From: Tenericutes bacterium ADurb.BinA124
GTDB lineage: Bacteria; Bacillota_I; Bacilli_A; ML615J-28; CAG-698
Reading direction: 5' to 3'
Length of the DNA: 64,000 nucleotides
Assembly (NCBI GenBank): GCA_002068415.1
Contig: MVZM01000004.1
Span: 3,445-67,444, forward strand
The first letter of the stretch is position 1. The number at the start of each line of letters is the position of its first letter. The position numbers and the translations under genes are program-made. Positions 1 through 7,761 of this stretch are shown one piece after another. The notes under the pieces were generated by a model, which made no database searches, had not been told where the DNA came from, and saw nothing but the letters and a program-made list of their open reading frames with translations.

Positions 1-806
1 ACTGTTATTCCAAGTGATGGATTTGCTTTCTTCCAAACCTTAGGATCCGTCCAATCATCATCTACATCTGCTCCATAAATAACTGGATAAAATGTAGGAT
101 CAATCTTTCTTCCTTCAAGTAAGTCCTTAGCCTTTTGGTGTGTTTCATAGCAGATAGATTTAGTATCAGTTCCAGCTGTTGTAATGTAAAAGTATAAAGG
201 TTGCATTCTTGCATCACCTGAACCTTTAGTCATAACATCAAAAAGTTTTCTATTAGGTTGAGTGTGAAGCTCATCAAAAACAACTCCATGAATATTAAAT
301 CCATGTTTTGAATAAGCTTCAGCCGATAGAACCTGATAAAAACTATTAGTTGGAAGAAATACAATTCTTTTTGTAGCAGCTAGTATCTTGCACCTTTTAT
401 TAAGTGCAGGACACATCCTAATCATGTCGGCAGCCACTTCAAAGACAATCGATGCTTGTTGCCTATCAGCAGCACATCCATATATTTCTGCTCTTTCTTC
501 ACCATCGCCACAAAGTAAATATAAAGCAATTGCAGCTGCTAGTTCGGATTTACCTTGTTTCTTAGGTATTTCAACATAAGCATAATTAAACTGCCTATAA
601 CCATTTGGTTTAATGATTCCAAACAAATCTCTTATTATTTGTTCTTGCCAATCTATAAGTTCAAAAGGCTCTCCTGCCCATGTACCCTTTGTATGACATA
701 GACATTCAATAAAGCTAACAGCATAATCTGCTTTTGTTTTATCGTATTTGGAGTCTTTAGCCTTGAACTTAGTTGGCACATATTTTTTAAGTTTTCTCAA
801 TTCCAT
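1..806 (-). CDS. terL: Phage terminase large subunit (Terminase_1/HK97-like), N-terminal part; the gene runs off the left edge
   Basis: Own translation from the ATG at 806..804, with GGAGGT just upstream: MELRKLKKYVPTKFKAKDSKYDKTKADYAVSFIECLCHTKGTWAGEPFELIDWQEQIIRDLFG...EIPKKQGKSELAAAIALY (Walker A-like)...GVVFDELH (Walker B)...WTDPKVWKKANPSLG. It is absent from the ORF track because it has no stop in the window. Confidence 0.85.
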   Translation of the reverse strand, partial: MELRKLKKYVPTKFKAKDSKYDKTKADYAVSFIECLCHTKGTWAGEPFELIDWQEQIIRDLFGIIKPNGYRQFNYAYVEIPKKQGKSELAAAIALYLLCGDGEERAEIYGCAADRQQASIVFEVAADMIRMCPALNKRCKILAATKRIVFLPTNSFYQVLSAEAYSKHGFNIHGVVFDELHTQPNRKLFDVMTKGSGDARMQPLYFYITTAGTDTKSICYETHQKAKDLLEGRKIDPTFYPVIYGADVDDDWTDPKVWKKANPSLGIT

Positions 807-820
807 TACCTCCATTTACC

Positions 821-850
821 AAAGAAAAAGGACTCCGAATTTGGAATCCT
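821..850 (-). terminator. Intrinsic terminator-like hairpin between the Zn-ribbon gene and terL
   Basis: Minus strand reads aGGATTCCaaattcGGAGTCCtttttcttt. This is a 7-bp stem (one G.U pair) followed by a T-run. Confidence 0.55.
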
Positions 851-875
851 CAAACTATATTTTAGTCTTCAATTT

Positions 876-1079
876 TCATTTATCTTCAACATTTGGAATT
901 TGTGCGATTATTTTATCAATCTCGGACTGTTCTAGCCCTAGCCCTTCTAAAGCCTCACGTGTGCCACACAAAGGGCAAATTGGCGTTATATTATCCTCCC
1001 TTGAAATCGCAGGGTGACCCCTATATTCCTTACCACACTTTGGACACTTCTTTACTACAACATTCTCGTTATTTGCCAT
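876..1079 (-). CDS. Small zinc-ribbon protein (67 aa), function unknown
   Basis: Two CxxC pairs (CPKCG ... CPLCG). Its ATG directly abuts the stop of the upstream GGCT gene (TAGATG). Confidence 0.6.
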   Translation of the reverse strand: MANNENVVVKKCPKCGKEYRGHPAISREDNITPICPLCGTREALEGLGLEQSEIDKIIAQIPNVEDK

Positions 1080-1535
1080 CTACTTGACCTCCTTAAAACT
1101 AATCTTTAGTGCATCTTCTAAATGCTTTATATCAAAACCAAAATTCCTATATCCTTCAAGACATGTCTGAACATAGGCTTTACTTGGAATTCCTATTGTT
1201 CTTTCTTCATGCATAATGTAAATGAATGCTTTTGAATGAACCTTTAATCCTCTAAATGAGGTGAATTCAATTTCTAACTCTTTCTTATAGTAAAAACTAG
1301 GATATCCTTCATATCTATCAAGCGATAATTCATCGCTATCATCAACCTTCCAGACACCAATTGGCACAACCTTTCCTTTATGCTTTTCGACTGTTAAATA
1401 AGAACCGCTTTTACTTCCCTTAAATAAAAGTTCGTAATCTTTAAGTTCAAATCTTCCAACTGGTATCGCCTTAGGACATCTATATTTCATTTGCTCTACA
1501 TTGAGGTTAGAACCATATGCTAGATAATATTTCAT
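1080..1535 (-). CDS. Gamma-glutamylcyclotransferase-fold (GGCT/AIG2-like) protein
   Basis: N-terminal YGSNL signature (MKYYLAYGSNLNVEQMKYRCP) and an LDRYEGYP motif with the family's conserved Glu. Its start overlaps the amidoligase stop (TAATG). Confidence 0.75.
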   Translation of the reverse strand: MKYYLAYGSNLNVEQMKYRCPKAIPVGRFELKDYELLFKGSKSGSYLTVEKHKGKVVPIGVWKVDDSDELSLDRYEGYPSFYYKKELEIEFTSFRGLKVHSKAFIYIMHEERTIGIPSKAYVQTCLEGYRNFGFDIKHLEDALKISFKEVK

Positions 1536-2494
1536 TATGCTGCACCTCCAACTTGTGGTCTAACTCCACTTCTAAATGATGCATCACCACTTAGTCGTTT
1601 TGTTAAGAACTCTCTTGCAGTTGCAAATTCCTCACCAATGAACCCAAGTCTAAGTAGCCATGTTCTCATTGCGTATTTAGGGTTTTCGTGTTGTTGAGGT
1701 TTGCTAGATGCTCCTCTAACTTCTTTTGCCATCTCGCTTAAGGCTAAGCATAATTGAATGTAGCTTTTAAGTTGTCCAGCATGAAGTCCATTTTGCTTTC
1801 CATCTTTTGGTGCATCGAATTGGAATAATCTAAATTCAATTGTTCCTTTTGTAAAAGTCGCATGGAAGTTAAGCATATGGTATCTTGAGTCGTTGTAATG
1901 TTGGCTCCTTCCATAATCGCAATGTTGACTCTTGTACCAAACGTCTGCGAATGCACTCATTGTTTGAGGCTTTCTTTTATTTACTTGGCTTAAGAAGTTA
2001 GGGTCAACTGTTTTACAATAACGGTTCAATCTACCTCTATCAAGTTCTAAGGCTTCTGCAAGCAAGTTTTCGTGGCTTGCCATAATGTTTGCTAGGTTTC
2101 TCATCGTTCTTGGTGTGTGTCCGTTTGCTCCAATGTGAATGTGAACTCCACAACCTCTTGTTGCATCTGACTTAGCACCATTCTTTCTTAAGATTCTAAT
2201 AATCTCTTGTAAAGTTTCAATATCATCGTATTTTAGGATTGGTGTTACAAGTTCACATTTTTCATCTTCTGGTCCAGCAATTGAGCAGTCCCTTTGGAAT
2301 TTCCAAACCCTACCTTGTGGGTCTTTACAAGCCCAGGTCATGTAACCATATTCGCTTGCTGCATTCCAAGCTTGTGTTCCAAAGAATGATGCTATAAGGC
2401 TTGCAGCTTTCTTTCTTGTGATGTTGTTCATCTCAACCTCAACACCTATTGTTTGTTCCTTCATGTTTTGAATTTGTTTTTCAGTGTTTTTCAT
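1535..2494 (-). CDS. Glutamine-synthetase-like amidoligase (Amidoligase_2-type COOH-NH2 ligase)
   Basis: 319 aa with the motif string GVEVEM...CELVTP...CGVHIHIG...SRYHMLNFH...TIEFRLF...MRTWLLRLG. I recognise this from memory as the phage/ICE amidoligase family; it is not verified by a search. Confidence 0.7.
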   Translation of the reverse strand: MKNTEKQIQNMKEQTIGVEVEMNNITRKKAASLIASFFGTQAWNAASEYGYMTWACKDPQGRVWKFQRDCSIAGPEDEKCELVTPILKYDDIETLQEIIRILRKNGAKSDATRGCGVHIHIGANGHTPRTMRNLANIMASHENLLAEALELDRGRLNRYCKTVDPNFLSQVNKRKPQTMSAFADVWYKSQHCDYGRSQHYNDSRYHMLNFHATFTKGTIEFRLFQFDAPKDGKQNGLHAGQLKSYIQLCLALSEMAKEVRGASSKPQQHENPKYAMRTWLLRLGFIGEEFATAREFLTKRLSGDASFRSGVRPQVGGAA

Positions 2495-2527
2495 GTTCTA
2501 ATCCTCGACTTTCTTTTCTTTTGTCGT

Positions 2528-2570
2528 GTATATATATCACTCTAAAACACTTATATATCAAGTCATTTAG
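2528..2570 (-). promoter_or_regulatory. Copy A of a repeated 43-bp promoter-like element, upstream of the amidoligase cassette
   Basis: Minus strand reads CTAAATGACTTGATATATAAGTGTTTTAGAGTGATATATATAC. It has a TTGATA -35-like box and a TG-n-TATATA -10-like box. It is about 80% identical to copy B at 3199..3242. Confidence 0.5.
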
Positions 2571-2607
2571 TGTATATTTTTAAATATATTTTATATATTT
2601 AAAGTGG

Positions 2608-2982
2608 CTAATATTCAGTATCCAAACAATAGGTTTTACCAGCATTTATTTGATGTATGATATTCTCATATCTTTCTCTTTCTGCACCTTCACTTGAACT
2701 TGCAGCTTCAAAATAGAAATCCAAGGCTTCACGCTTTGAATCAAAGAGTTTTTCTTGCCCATAACAAATTGTTTTTATGACATCAATCTTCTTAACTTTA
2801 TCAACACCATCAACAACATTTAATGAACTACCGTTATCCCAGGAAACAAGTATTGAACCAATATCATCAACACCTACTACTGTTCCCTTTGTTCCAATAG
2901 GTGGTGCTTGAACATCATCCATTTTAAGAAGCTTGACTCTAGATCCAATTGGATACTTCTTTAAAAGTTCATCCTTTCTCAT
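2608..2982 (-). CDS. DUF4314-domain protein
   Basis: The N-terminal segment YPIGSRVKLLKMDDVQAPPIGTKGTVVGVDDIGSILVSWDNGSSLNV matches my memory of the DUF4314 module common on phages and conjugative elements. Confidence 0.6.
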   Translation of the reverse strand: MRKDELLKKYPIGSRVKLLKMDDVQAPPIGTKGTVVGVDDIGSILVSWDNGSSLNVVDGVDKVKKIDVIKTICYGQEKLFDSKREALDFYFEAASSSEGAERERYENIIHQINAGKTYCLDTEY

Positions 2983-3179
2983 AATTCCTTACCATCCTTA
3001 CCTAAAAATTTAATTTTTCTAATTGTTCCTTTATGGAATAAGCTAATAGCATAATTAACCGCTTTTTCTTCTGACCAGCCAAGTGACTTAATGTAATAAT
3101 CTACTAGCTTTTCCATACCTTCTTTTGAAGTCTCAGTTTCTTCACAAATCTTATAAAGTTTTTCTCTTAATTCACTCAT
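2979..3179 (-). CDS. Hypothetical small protein (66 aa from the internal ATG)
   Basis: The ORF track gives 2979..3248. The ATG at 3179 (MSELREKLYK...) has a GGAGGTG RBS upstream. The longer N-terminus would cover promoter-like copy B. Confidence 0.5.
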   Translation of the reverse strand: MSELREKLYKICEETETSKEGMEKLVDYYIKSLGWSEEKAVNYAISLFHKGTIRKIKFLGKDGKEL

Positions 3180-3198
3180 TTTGCACCTCCAAAATTCA

Positions 3199-3242
3199 CA
3201 TATATACATCACTCTAAAAGCAAAATATATCAAGTGATTTGG
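3199..3242 (-). promoter_or_regulatory. Copy B of the repeated promoter-like element, upstream of the 66-aa/DUF4314 cassette
   Basis: Shares ATCACTCTAAAA and ATATATCAAGT(C/G)ATTT blocks with copy A, at the same spacing. Confidence 0.5.
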
Positions 3243-3248
3243 CCACAT

Positions 3249-4493
3249 TTATTCGAGGTTTTTAACCAAATCTTTATAAGGTATTTGTTCACCATTCCTA
3301 ATGCAATAAACACCATCTTCGTCATGAGTGTTATCTACATATCTACGCAATATTACTGACGCATATTTTTCATCAAGTTCCATCGTGTAGCAGATTCTAT
3401 TTGTTAACTCGCAAGCCATCAAAGTTGAACCACTACCACCAAATGTATCGATTACTATTGCGTTTTCTTGAGAACTGTTTTGAAGAGGATATGAAAGTAA
3501 ATCTAATGGTTTAGATGTTGGATGGTTTTCATTTCTCTTTGGCTTTTTAAAGTTCCATATAGTGGTTTGCTTTCTATCTGAATACCAACTGTGCTTACCA
3601 TTTTTTAAGAAACCATATAAAACAGGCTCATGTTGCCATTGATAATCGCTTCTTCCAAGAACTAAAGAATCCTTAACCCAAATGCAACATCCTGCAAGAT
3701 GGAATCCTGCATCAATGAATGCGGTTCTAAAATTAAGTCCTTCAGTATCAGCGTGGAAACAATAAGCTGACGCACCAGGTTCAGCATGTGCAACCATATT
3801 CTTAAATGCAGCAAGTAAGAACTGATAAAATTCTTCATTTTTAATGGAGTCATTTTGAATTGTAAGACCGCTAGACGACTTAAAAGATACACCATAAGGT
3901 GGATCAGTTAGGATCAAGTTTGCTCTCTTACCATCCATCAATCTATTAACATCATCAGGATTAGTAGCATCACCACAAACAAGACGGTGTCTACCAACAA
4001 CCCATATATCGCCTTTTTCAACGAACGATGCTTTTTCTAAAGCAGCTGTTAAATCATAATCATCATCTTCTACTTCAGTTTTTTCGCCTTTAAACAAATC
4101 CGTTAATTCATCTTCGTCAAATCCAGTCAATGAAAGGTCGAATGCCTCAGCTTCCAAAGCTTCTAATTCAACTTTTAAAAGTTCTTCATTCCATCCTGCA
4201 TCAAGAGCCATCCTATTATCAGCAATAATGTAAGCTTTCTTTTGTGCCTCAGTTAGATGTTCAACAAAAACACAAGGCACTTCGGTTAAGTGTTCAGCTT
4301 TTGCAGCTTCAACTCTTCCATGCCCTGCAATAATATTAAAATCTTTATCAACGATTACTGGATTTACAAAACCAAATTCACGTAGGCTTGCTCTTAACTT
4401 ATTTATTTGTTCAGGCGAGTGTGTACGTGCATTATTGATATAAGGGATTAATTTATTGATATCAACTAATTCAAATTTAGACGTTGTCTTCAT
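3249..4493 (-). CDS. ParB-like nuclease domain fused to an N6/N4 DNA methyltransferase
   Basis: N-terminal ParB-type motif (IIAGHGRVEAAK). Methyltransferase motifs ILTDPPYGV and DTFGGSGSTL. The likely ATG at 4493 overlaps the stop of the upstream gene (TAATG). Confidence 0.85.
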   Translation of the reverse strand: MKTTSKFELVDINKLIPYINNARTHSPEQINKLRASLREFGFVNPVIVDKDFNIIAGHGRVEAAKAEHLTEVPCVFVEHLTEAQKKAYIIADNRMALDAGWNEELLKVELEALEAEAFDLSLTGFDEDELTDLFKGEKTEVEDDDYDLTAALEKASFVEKGDIWVVGRHRLVCGDATNPDDVNRLMDGKRANLILTDPPYGVSFKSSSGLTIQNDSIKNEEFYQFLLAAFKNMVAHAEPGASAYCFHADTEGLNFRTAFIDAGFHLAGCCIWVKDSLVLGRSDYQWQHEPVLYGFLKNGKHSWYSDRKQTTIWNFKKPKRNENHPTSKPLDLLSYPLQNSSQENAIVIDTFGGSGSTLMACELTNRICYTMELDEKYASVILRRYVDNTHDEDGVYCIRNGEQIPYKDLVKNLE

Positions 4494-5275
4494 TAAAATA
4501 ACCCCCATTCAGCAAATTTCTCGAAACCACCTAAGTCGTGAATGAACTCACGTGCAATTTCTACTATTTCTTCATAAGGTCTATTGTCTATGTATTCATC
4601 TCCAATAGCACATGAAAGCTCGACAACTTGATTAGTAGCTTGTGCTTTTAAGAAACAATAAATATTGACAGACACGTCTGCCTTAGATAGATCCTTGCCA
4701 TGCAATCCACCACCAGTTACTGAATCAGCCATATCAGAACCAAGCTTTCTATTGGTAGCACCTGTATCTACATCAGTTCCTCCTGTCCATTCACCTAAAG
4801 GATTAATAATTGCTTTAGGAAATAATCTATGTAGTTCATAGTTTTTGGCATTGCTTTGGCAAATTACCAATTTTTCATTATCAAGAATGTATTTTCCATC
4901 ACTATGGAATCTGCTATAAAGATTTCTTGCAATTGTCGATAAACTTTTTTGTTCCTTAGTAAGTGGCACTCCTTTAAAGATGCCATTGTCCCCACATCTT
5001 ATTTTTTCTTCTTGGTTATCAGCTAGGTGCTTATCTTGAGGGACTTCAGTGTAATCTACATAAACTTTACCCGCGATTCTTCTTACAATATGGATCACAT
5101 CTTTTTTATCTAGATACACACTAGTTTCTGCAATCACATGACATTTGCCGTGTCCGATTAGAACTTCCACTGCAATTCTTGGATTTTTTTGATTTTTATA
5201 TGCTAAATCTACAATAGCACCTGCTATTCTATCTGCAATTTTATCTGGATGTTTTGGATTTACTTTTTCAAACAT
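4493..5275 (-). CDS. Truncated S-adenosylmethionine synthetase (MetK) homologue, 260 aa
   Basis: HPDKIADRIAGAIVD aligns to E. coli MetK HPDKIADQISDAVLD. GDNGI aligns to GDQGL. INPLGEWTGG...TNRK...GGGLHGKDLSKADVS aligns to INPTGRFVIGG...TGRK...GGGAFSGKDPSKVDRS. SCAIGDEY aligns to SYAIGVAEP. Confidence 0.75.
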   Translation of the reverse strand: MFEKVNPKHPDKIADRIAGAIVDLAYKNQKNPRIAVEVLIGHGKCHVIAETSVYLDKKDVIHIVRRIAGKVYVDYTEVPQDKHLADNQEEKIRCGDNGIFKGVPLTKEQKSLSTIARNLYSRFHSDGKYILDNEKLVICQSNAKNYELHRLFPKAIINPLGEWTGGTDVDTGATNRKLGSDMADSVTGGGLHGKDLSKADVSVNIYCFLKAQATNQVVELSCAIGDEYIDNRPYEEIVEIAREFIHDLGGFEKFAEWGLF

Positions 5276-6506
5276 TTTCTATAATCTCCTTTAAATTTTT
5301 AAATATTTCAGTTAGGCAATTAACAACGATGGAATTGCCTGCCATTTTATATAGTTGTGTATCCGATACGCCTGTCTTAAAGGCTCTATTGATATCTTCA
5401 TCACACCATCCCATCAAGCGAAAACACTCACGTGGAGTGAGGCGTCTTATGGAAATCAAATTATTTATATCTTTAGTAACAACTGCTACATCGTTAGGAC
5501 TAGTCTTAAGAGTTGGAATCTTATCTTTTTGAACCACACCACGTTTGTATTGAACTCGGTTGGTATAAATTCCATCTCCTTCTTTGGCAAGAGCATAACC
5601 TTTCTTTGTAGCTTCAGGGACAATGATTAAATTATCCTTTTGAACTGTAGTGATTGTGTTTGTATTTCCATCATCTTTTAGTTCTAGATGTTGCTTAATC
5701 TTTCCATCACTTTCATATCTTCCTCTTAGTGCAGCAGGGATTGGTTCAATAATGTAATTATCAGTAGGTCTACTTCCTGCATGAGTTGTAATTGTCCAGG
5801 CATAATCTTCGTCTTTGCCTTTAGGCCTAAACCTAAGCCCACGAATTAGACCGTTACGATTTTTCATGTCAGTAAAACAATCAATGAGCTTATTGGATAA
5901 AAAGTATTTTTCATCAACTTCATCTTCAAGTAAGTCACGAAGTTTAACCTTCAATTCTTGCTTTTCAGGAAACTTGAAATCGCCCTCATAATTAAGGATT
6001 GAAATCATAAAGCAACGTTCCCTGTTTTGAGGAACACCATAATCTTTAGCGTTGAGCACTTGATAAAAGTTCTTATATCCAAGCTCGGTTAAGAAATCCA
6101 ACCATTCTTGAAATTTTGGCATGAATTTTTTTGATATGATGTTCTTCACATTTTCCATTAAAAGGAATCTTGGTAGTTCGTTATTATCACGTGCAACTTC
6201 AAGCAATCTTTGAACTTCCCATAATAGAGATGATCCGGTATTTGAACCTTTATCAAAGCCTTTCATTCTTCCGCTGATTGAAATATCAGTGCATGGGAAT
6301 GAATAGGTAATCAAATCAGCATTAGGTAATCTTTGAATTGTTTTTATATCACCAAGATTTATCTTTTCACCATGCAATGCTTCATAAACTTTATTTGCGT
6401 AAGAATCAATATCACTTGTAGCAACGATTCTATGCTTTATTTCTGCCTCCTTTAATGCTTGTTCCTGAGCACCAATACCAGAAAATAGTTCTATGACTCT
6501 TAACAT
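5268..6506 (-). CDS. DNA (cytosine-5)-methyltransferase
   Basis: Motif I ELFSGIGA, motif IV FPCTDIS, motif VI MENV, motif VIII QNRER, motif X GNSIVV. The ATG at 6506 is preferred (GGAGG 7 nt upstream) over the track start at 6527. Confidence 0.9.
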   Translation of the reverse strand: MLRVIELFSGIGAQEQALKEAEIKHRIVATSDIDSYANKVYEALHGEKINLGDIKTIQRLPNADLITYSFPCTDISISGRMKGFDKGSNTGSSLLWEVQRLLEVARDNNELPRFLLMENVKNIISKKFMPKFQEWLDFLTELGYKNFYQVLNAKDYGVPQNRERCFMISILNYEGDFKFPEKQELKVKLRDLLEDEVDEKYFLSNKLIDCFTDMKNRNGLIRGLRFRPKGKDEDYAWTITTHAGSRPTDNYIIEPIPAALRGRYESDGKIKQHLELKDDGNTNTITTVQKDNLIIVPEATKKGYALAKEGDGIYTNRVQYKRGVVQKDKIPTLKTSPNDVAVVTKDINNLISIRRLTPRECFRLMGWCDEDINRAFKTGVSDTQLYKMAGNSIVVNCLTEIFKNLKEIIENV

Positions 6507-6525
6507 GTGCATTCCTCCTTCCATC

Positions 6526-6550
6526 AAAAAAGGCCACCCAATTGAGTGAC
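6526..6550 (-). terminator. Intrinsic terminator-like hairpin directly downstream of terS
   Basis: Minus strand reads GGTCACtcaattgGTGGCCttttt. Confidence 0.5.
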
Positions 6551-6579
6551 CTATGTGTATTTTTATAAATGTATGATCT

Positions 6580-7128
6580 TTATGTTTTTCTTGCTTTAAG
6601 CAAACGCTCCATTAAATCGTCCTGTGGATTAGCACCACCATAACCTACCGATGAGTTTTCTTTTACTACTTGGAATATCTGAAACCACACTTGATTTACT
6701 TGTTTCATAAAAGATTGGCTCATAGAAACATATGGACTCGCTATTGCGTTACCAGTTGTAGGATGTTTTGCAAGAAAACCGAATTCAGATATTGCTTCTT
6801 CGCACTGAATCCAACGAGAGACTGACATTGCATACTGTTCAAGCAATTGTGGACTTACTAATTTTTCACAGCCTTTATCCCTCAACCACTGCCATGTTTC
6901 TTTATAAACTTCTTCAGCGACTAAGTCTTTGCCGTTTTTTTGTTTTGCTTTTAAGTATTCCTTTACTGGTGGCATATCATCACCTATAAACTCAGCTGGT
7001 TCAGGAAGTAAAGTATCAAATTTTGCCTTTGATTTTGTTTTGCCTTCATTGATTTTTTCAATTAAAGGTTTTGATTTTCTACCACTTCCAGGACGATATC
7101 CACCTCGATTTGTACCATCTTTAGCCAT
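6580..7128 (-). CDS. terS: Phage terminase small subunit (P27-family-like)
   Basis: 182 aa with a basic N-terminus (GGYRPGSGRKSKP). The central pattern LVSPQLLEQYAMSVSRWIQCEEAISEFGF...GNAIASPYVSM is typical of P27-type TerS. The gene sits downstream of an HNH gene. Confidence 0.75.
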   Translation of the reverse strand: MAKDGTNRGGYRPGSGRKSKPLIEKINEGKTKSKAKFDTLLPEPAEFIGDDMPPVKEYLKAKQKNGKDLVAEEVYKETWQWLRDKGCEKLVSPQLLEQYAMSVSRWIQCEEAISEFGFLAKHPTTGNAIASPYVSMSQSFMKQVNQVWFQIFQVVKENSSVGYGGANPQDDLMERLLKARKT

Positions 7129-7210
7129 AGGCTAATACCTCCTTGTTTGATTTTTTGGTTAATACCCCGTTTGAAAAAAGATTTTTACACACGAGACCCA
7201 GGGCCGATTT

Positions 7211-7753
7211 TCAAGATAAAAAGTCCTGGAGATAGAGAGGGCCCACCCCTATATCTTTTTTCCATGTTTCGTATCTTAATATATCGCTAACATGTCTTTG
7301 CGTTATTGAGAACATTGTGGCTATTTCTTTTTGTGAGCATCCATCATCTCTAAGCCAACGAATAGTATTTATGGATTTATTATTTAATTTTGACTTTATA
7401 TGATTTTCGCCATGTCGTAAAGCTGCTAAGGTTCCATGTCTAATTTGATCTTGCATATTTTCTTGGTGAGTACCCCACTTTAGGTTTTCCAAACGATTAT
7501 CGTGACAATTTCCATTTAGATGTCTACATTCCATTCCTTCAGGTTTTGGACCAACAAAAGCTAACAAAACACAAGTGTGAACGTTTAATTGTTTATCTTT
7601 TGCAGGCACACTATCATCACGAAGGTTAACTCTTAAATATCCCTTAGTATCTAATCTTTGTGGTTTCAATCTTAACTCTCCACTTCTATCTGAATATATT
7701 AGCCCATCTTCTGTCGCATATTGTCCAGGAAATCCAGGTATTTCTTTTAACAT
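7211..7753 (-). CDS. Free-standing HNH homing-type endonuclease (NUMOD4-like N-terminus, HNH_3 core, C-terminal HTH)
   Basis: IPGFPGQYATEDGLIYS (NUMOD4-like). HLNGNCHDNRLENLKWGTHQENMQD (HNH_3). CSQKEIATMFSITQRHVSDI (HTH). The ATG at 7753 (AGGTGA RBS) is preferred over the track start at 7768. Confidence 0.75.
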   Translation of the reverse strand: MLKEIPGFPGQYATEDGLIYSDRSGELRLKPQRLDTKGYLRVNLRDDSVPAKDKQLNVHTCVLLAFVGPKPEGMECRHLNGNCHDNRLENLKWGTHQENMQDQIRHGTLAALRHGENHIKSKLNNKSINTIRWLRDDGCSQKEIATMFSITQRHVSDILRYETWKKDIGVGPLYLQDFLS

Positions 7754-7761
7754 GTTTTCAC

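Noticed and set aside
388-1087. Plus-strand ORFs from the track that lie inside minus-strand genes (for example 388..579, 748..1017 and 893..1087). Many similar antisense ORFs occur across the window, such as 5254..5630, 13064..13693, 46757..47155 and 53185..54425.
   Set aside because: They are shadow ORFs opposite well-supported genes. They have low-complexity or hydrophobic composition, no RBS and no recognisable motifs.
2580-2602. AT-only 10-bp palindrome TTAAATATAT-ttt-ATATATTTAA after the DUF4314 gene, considered as a terminator.
   Set aside because: The stem is pure A/T and there is no downstream T-run on the coding strand. This is likely a chance feature of AT-rich DNA, although it may contribute to cassette insulation.
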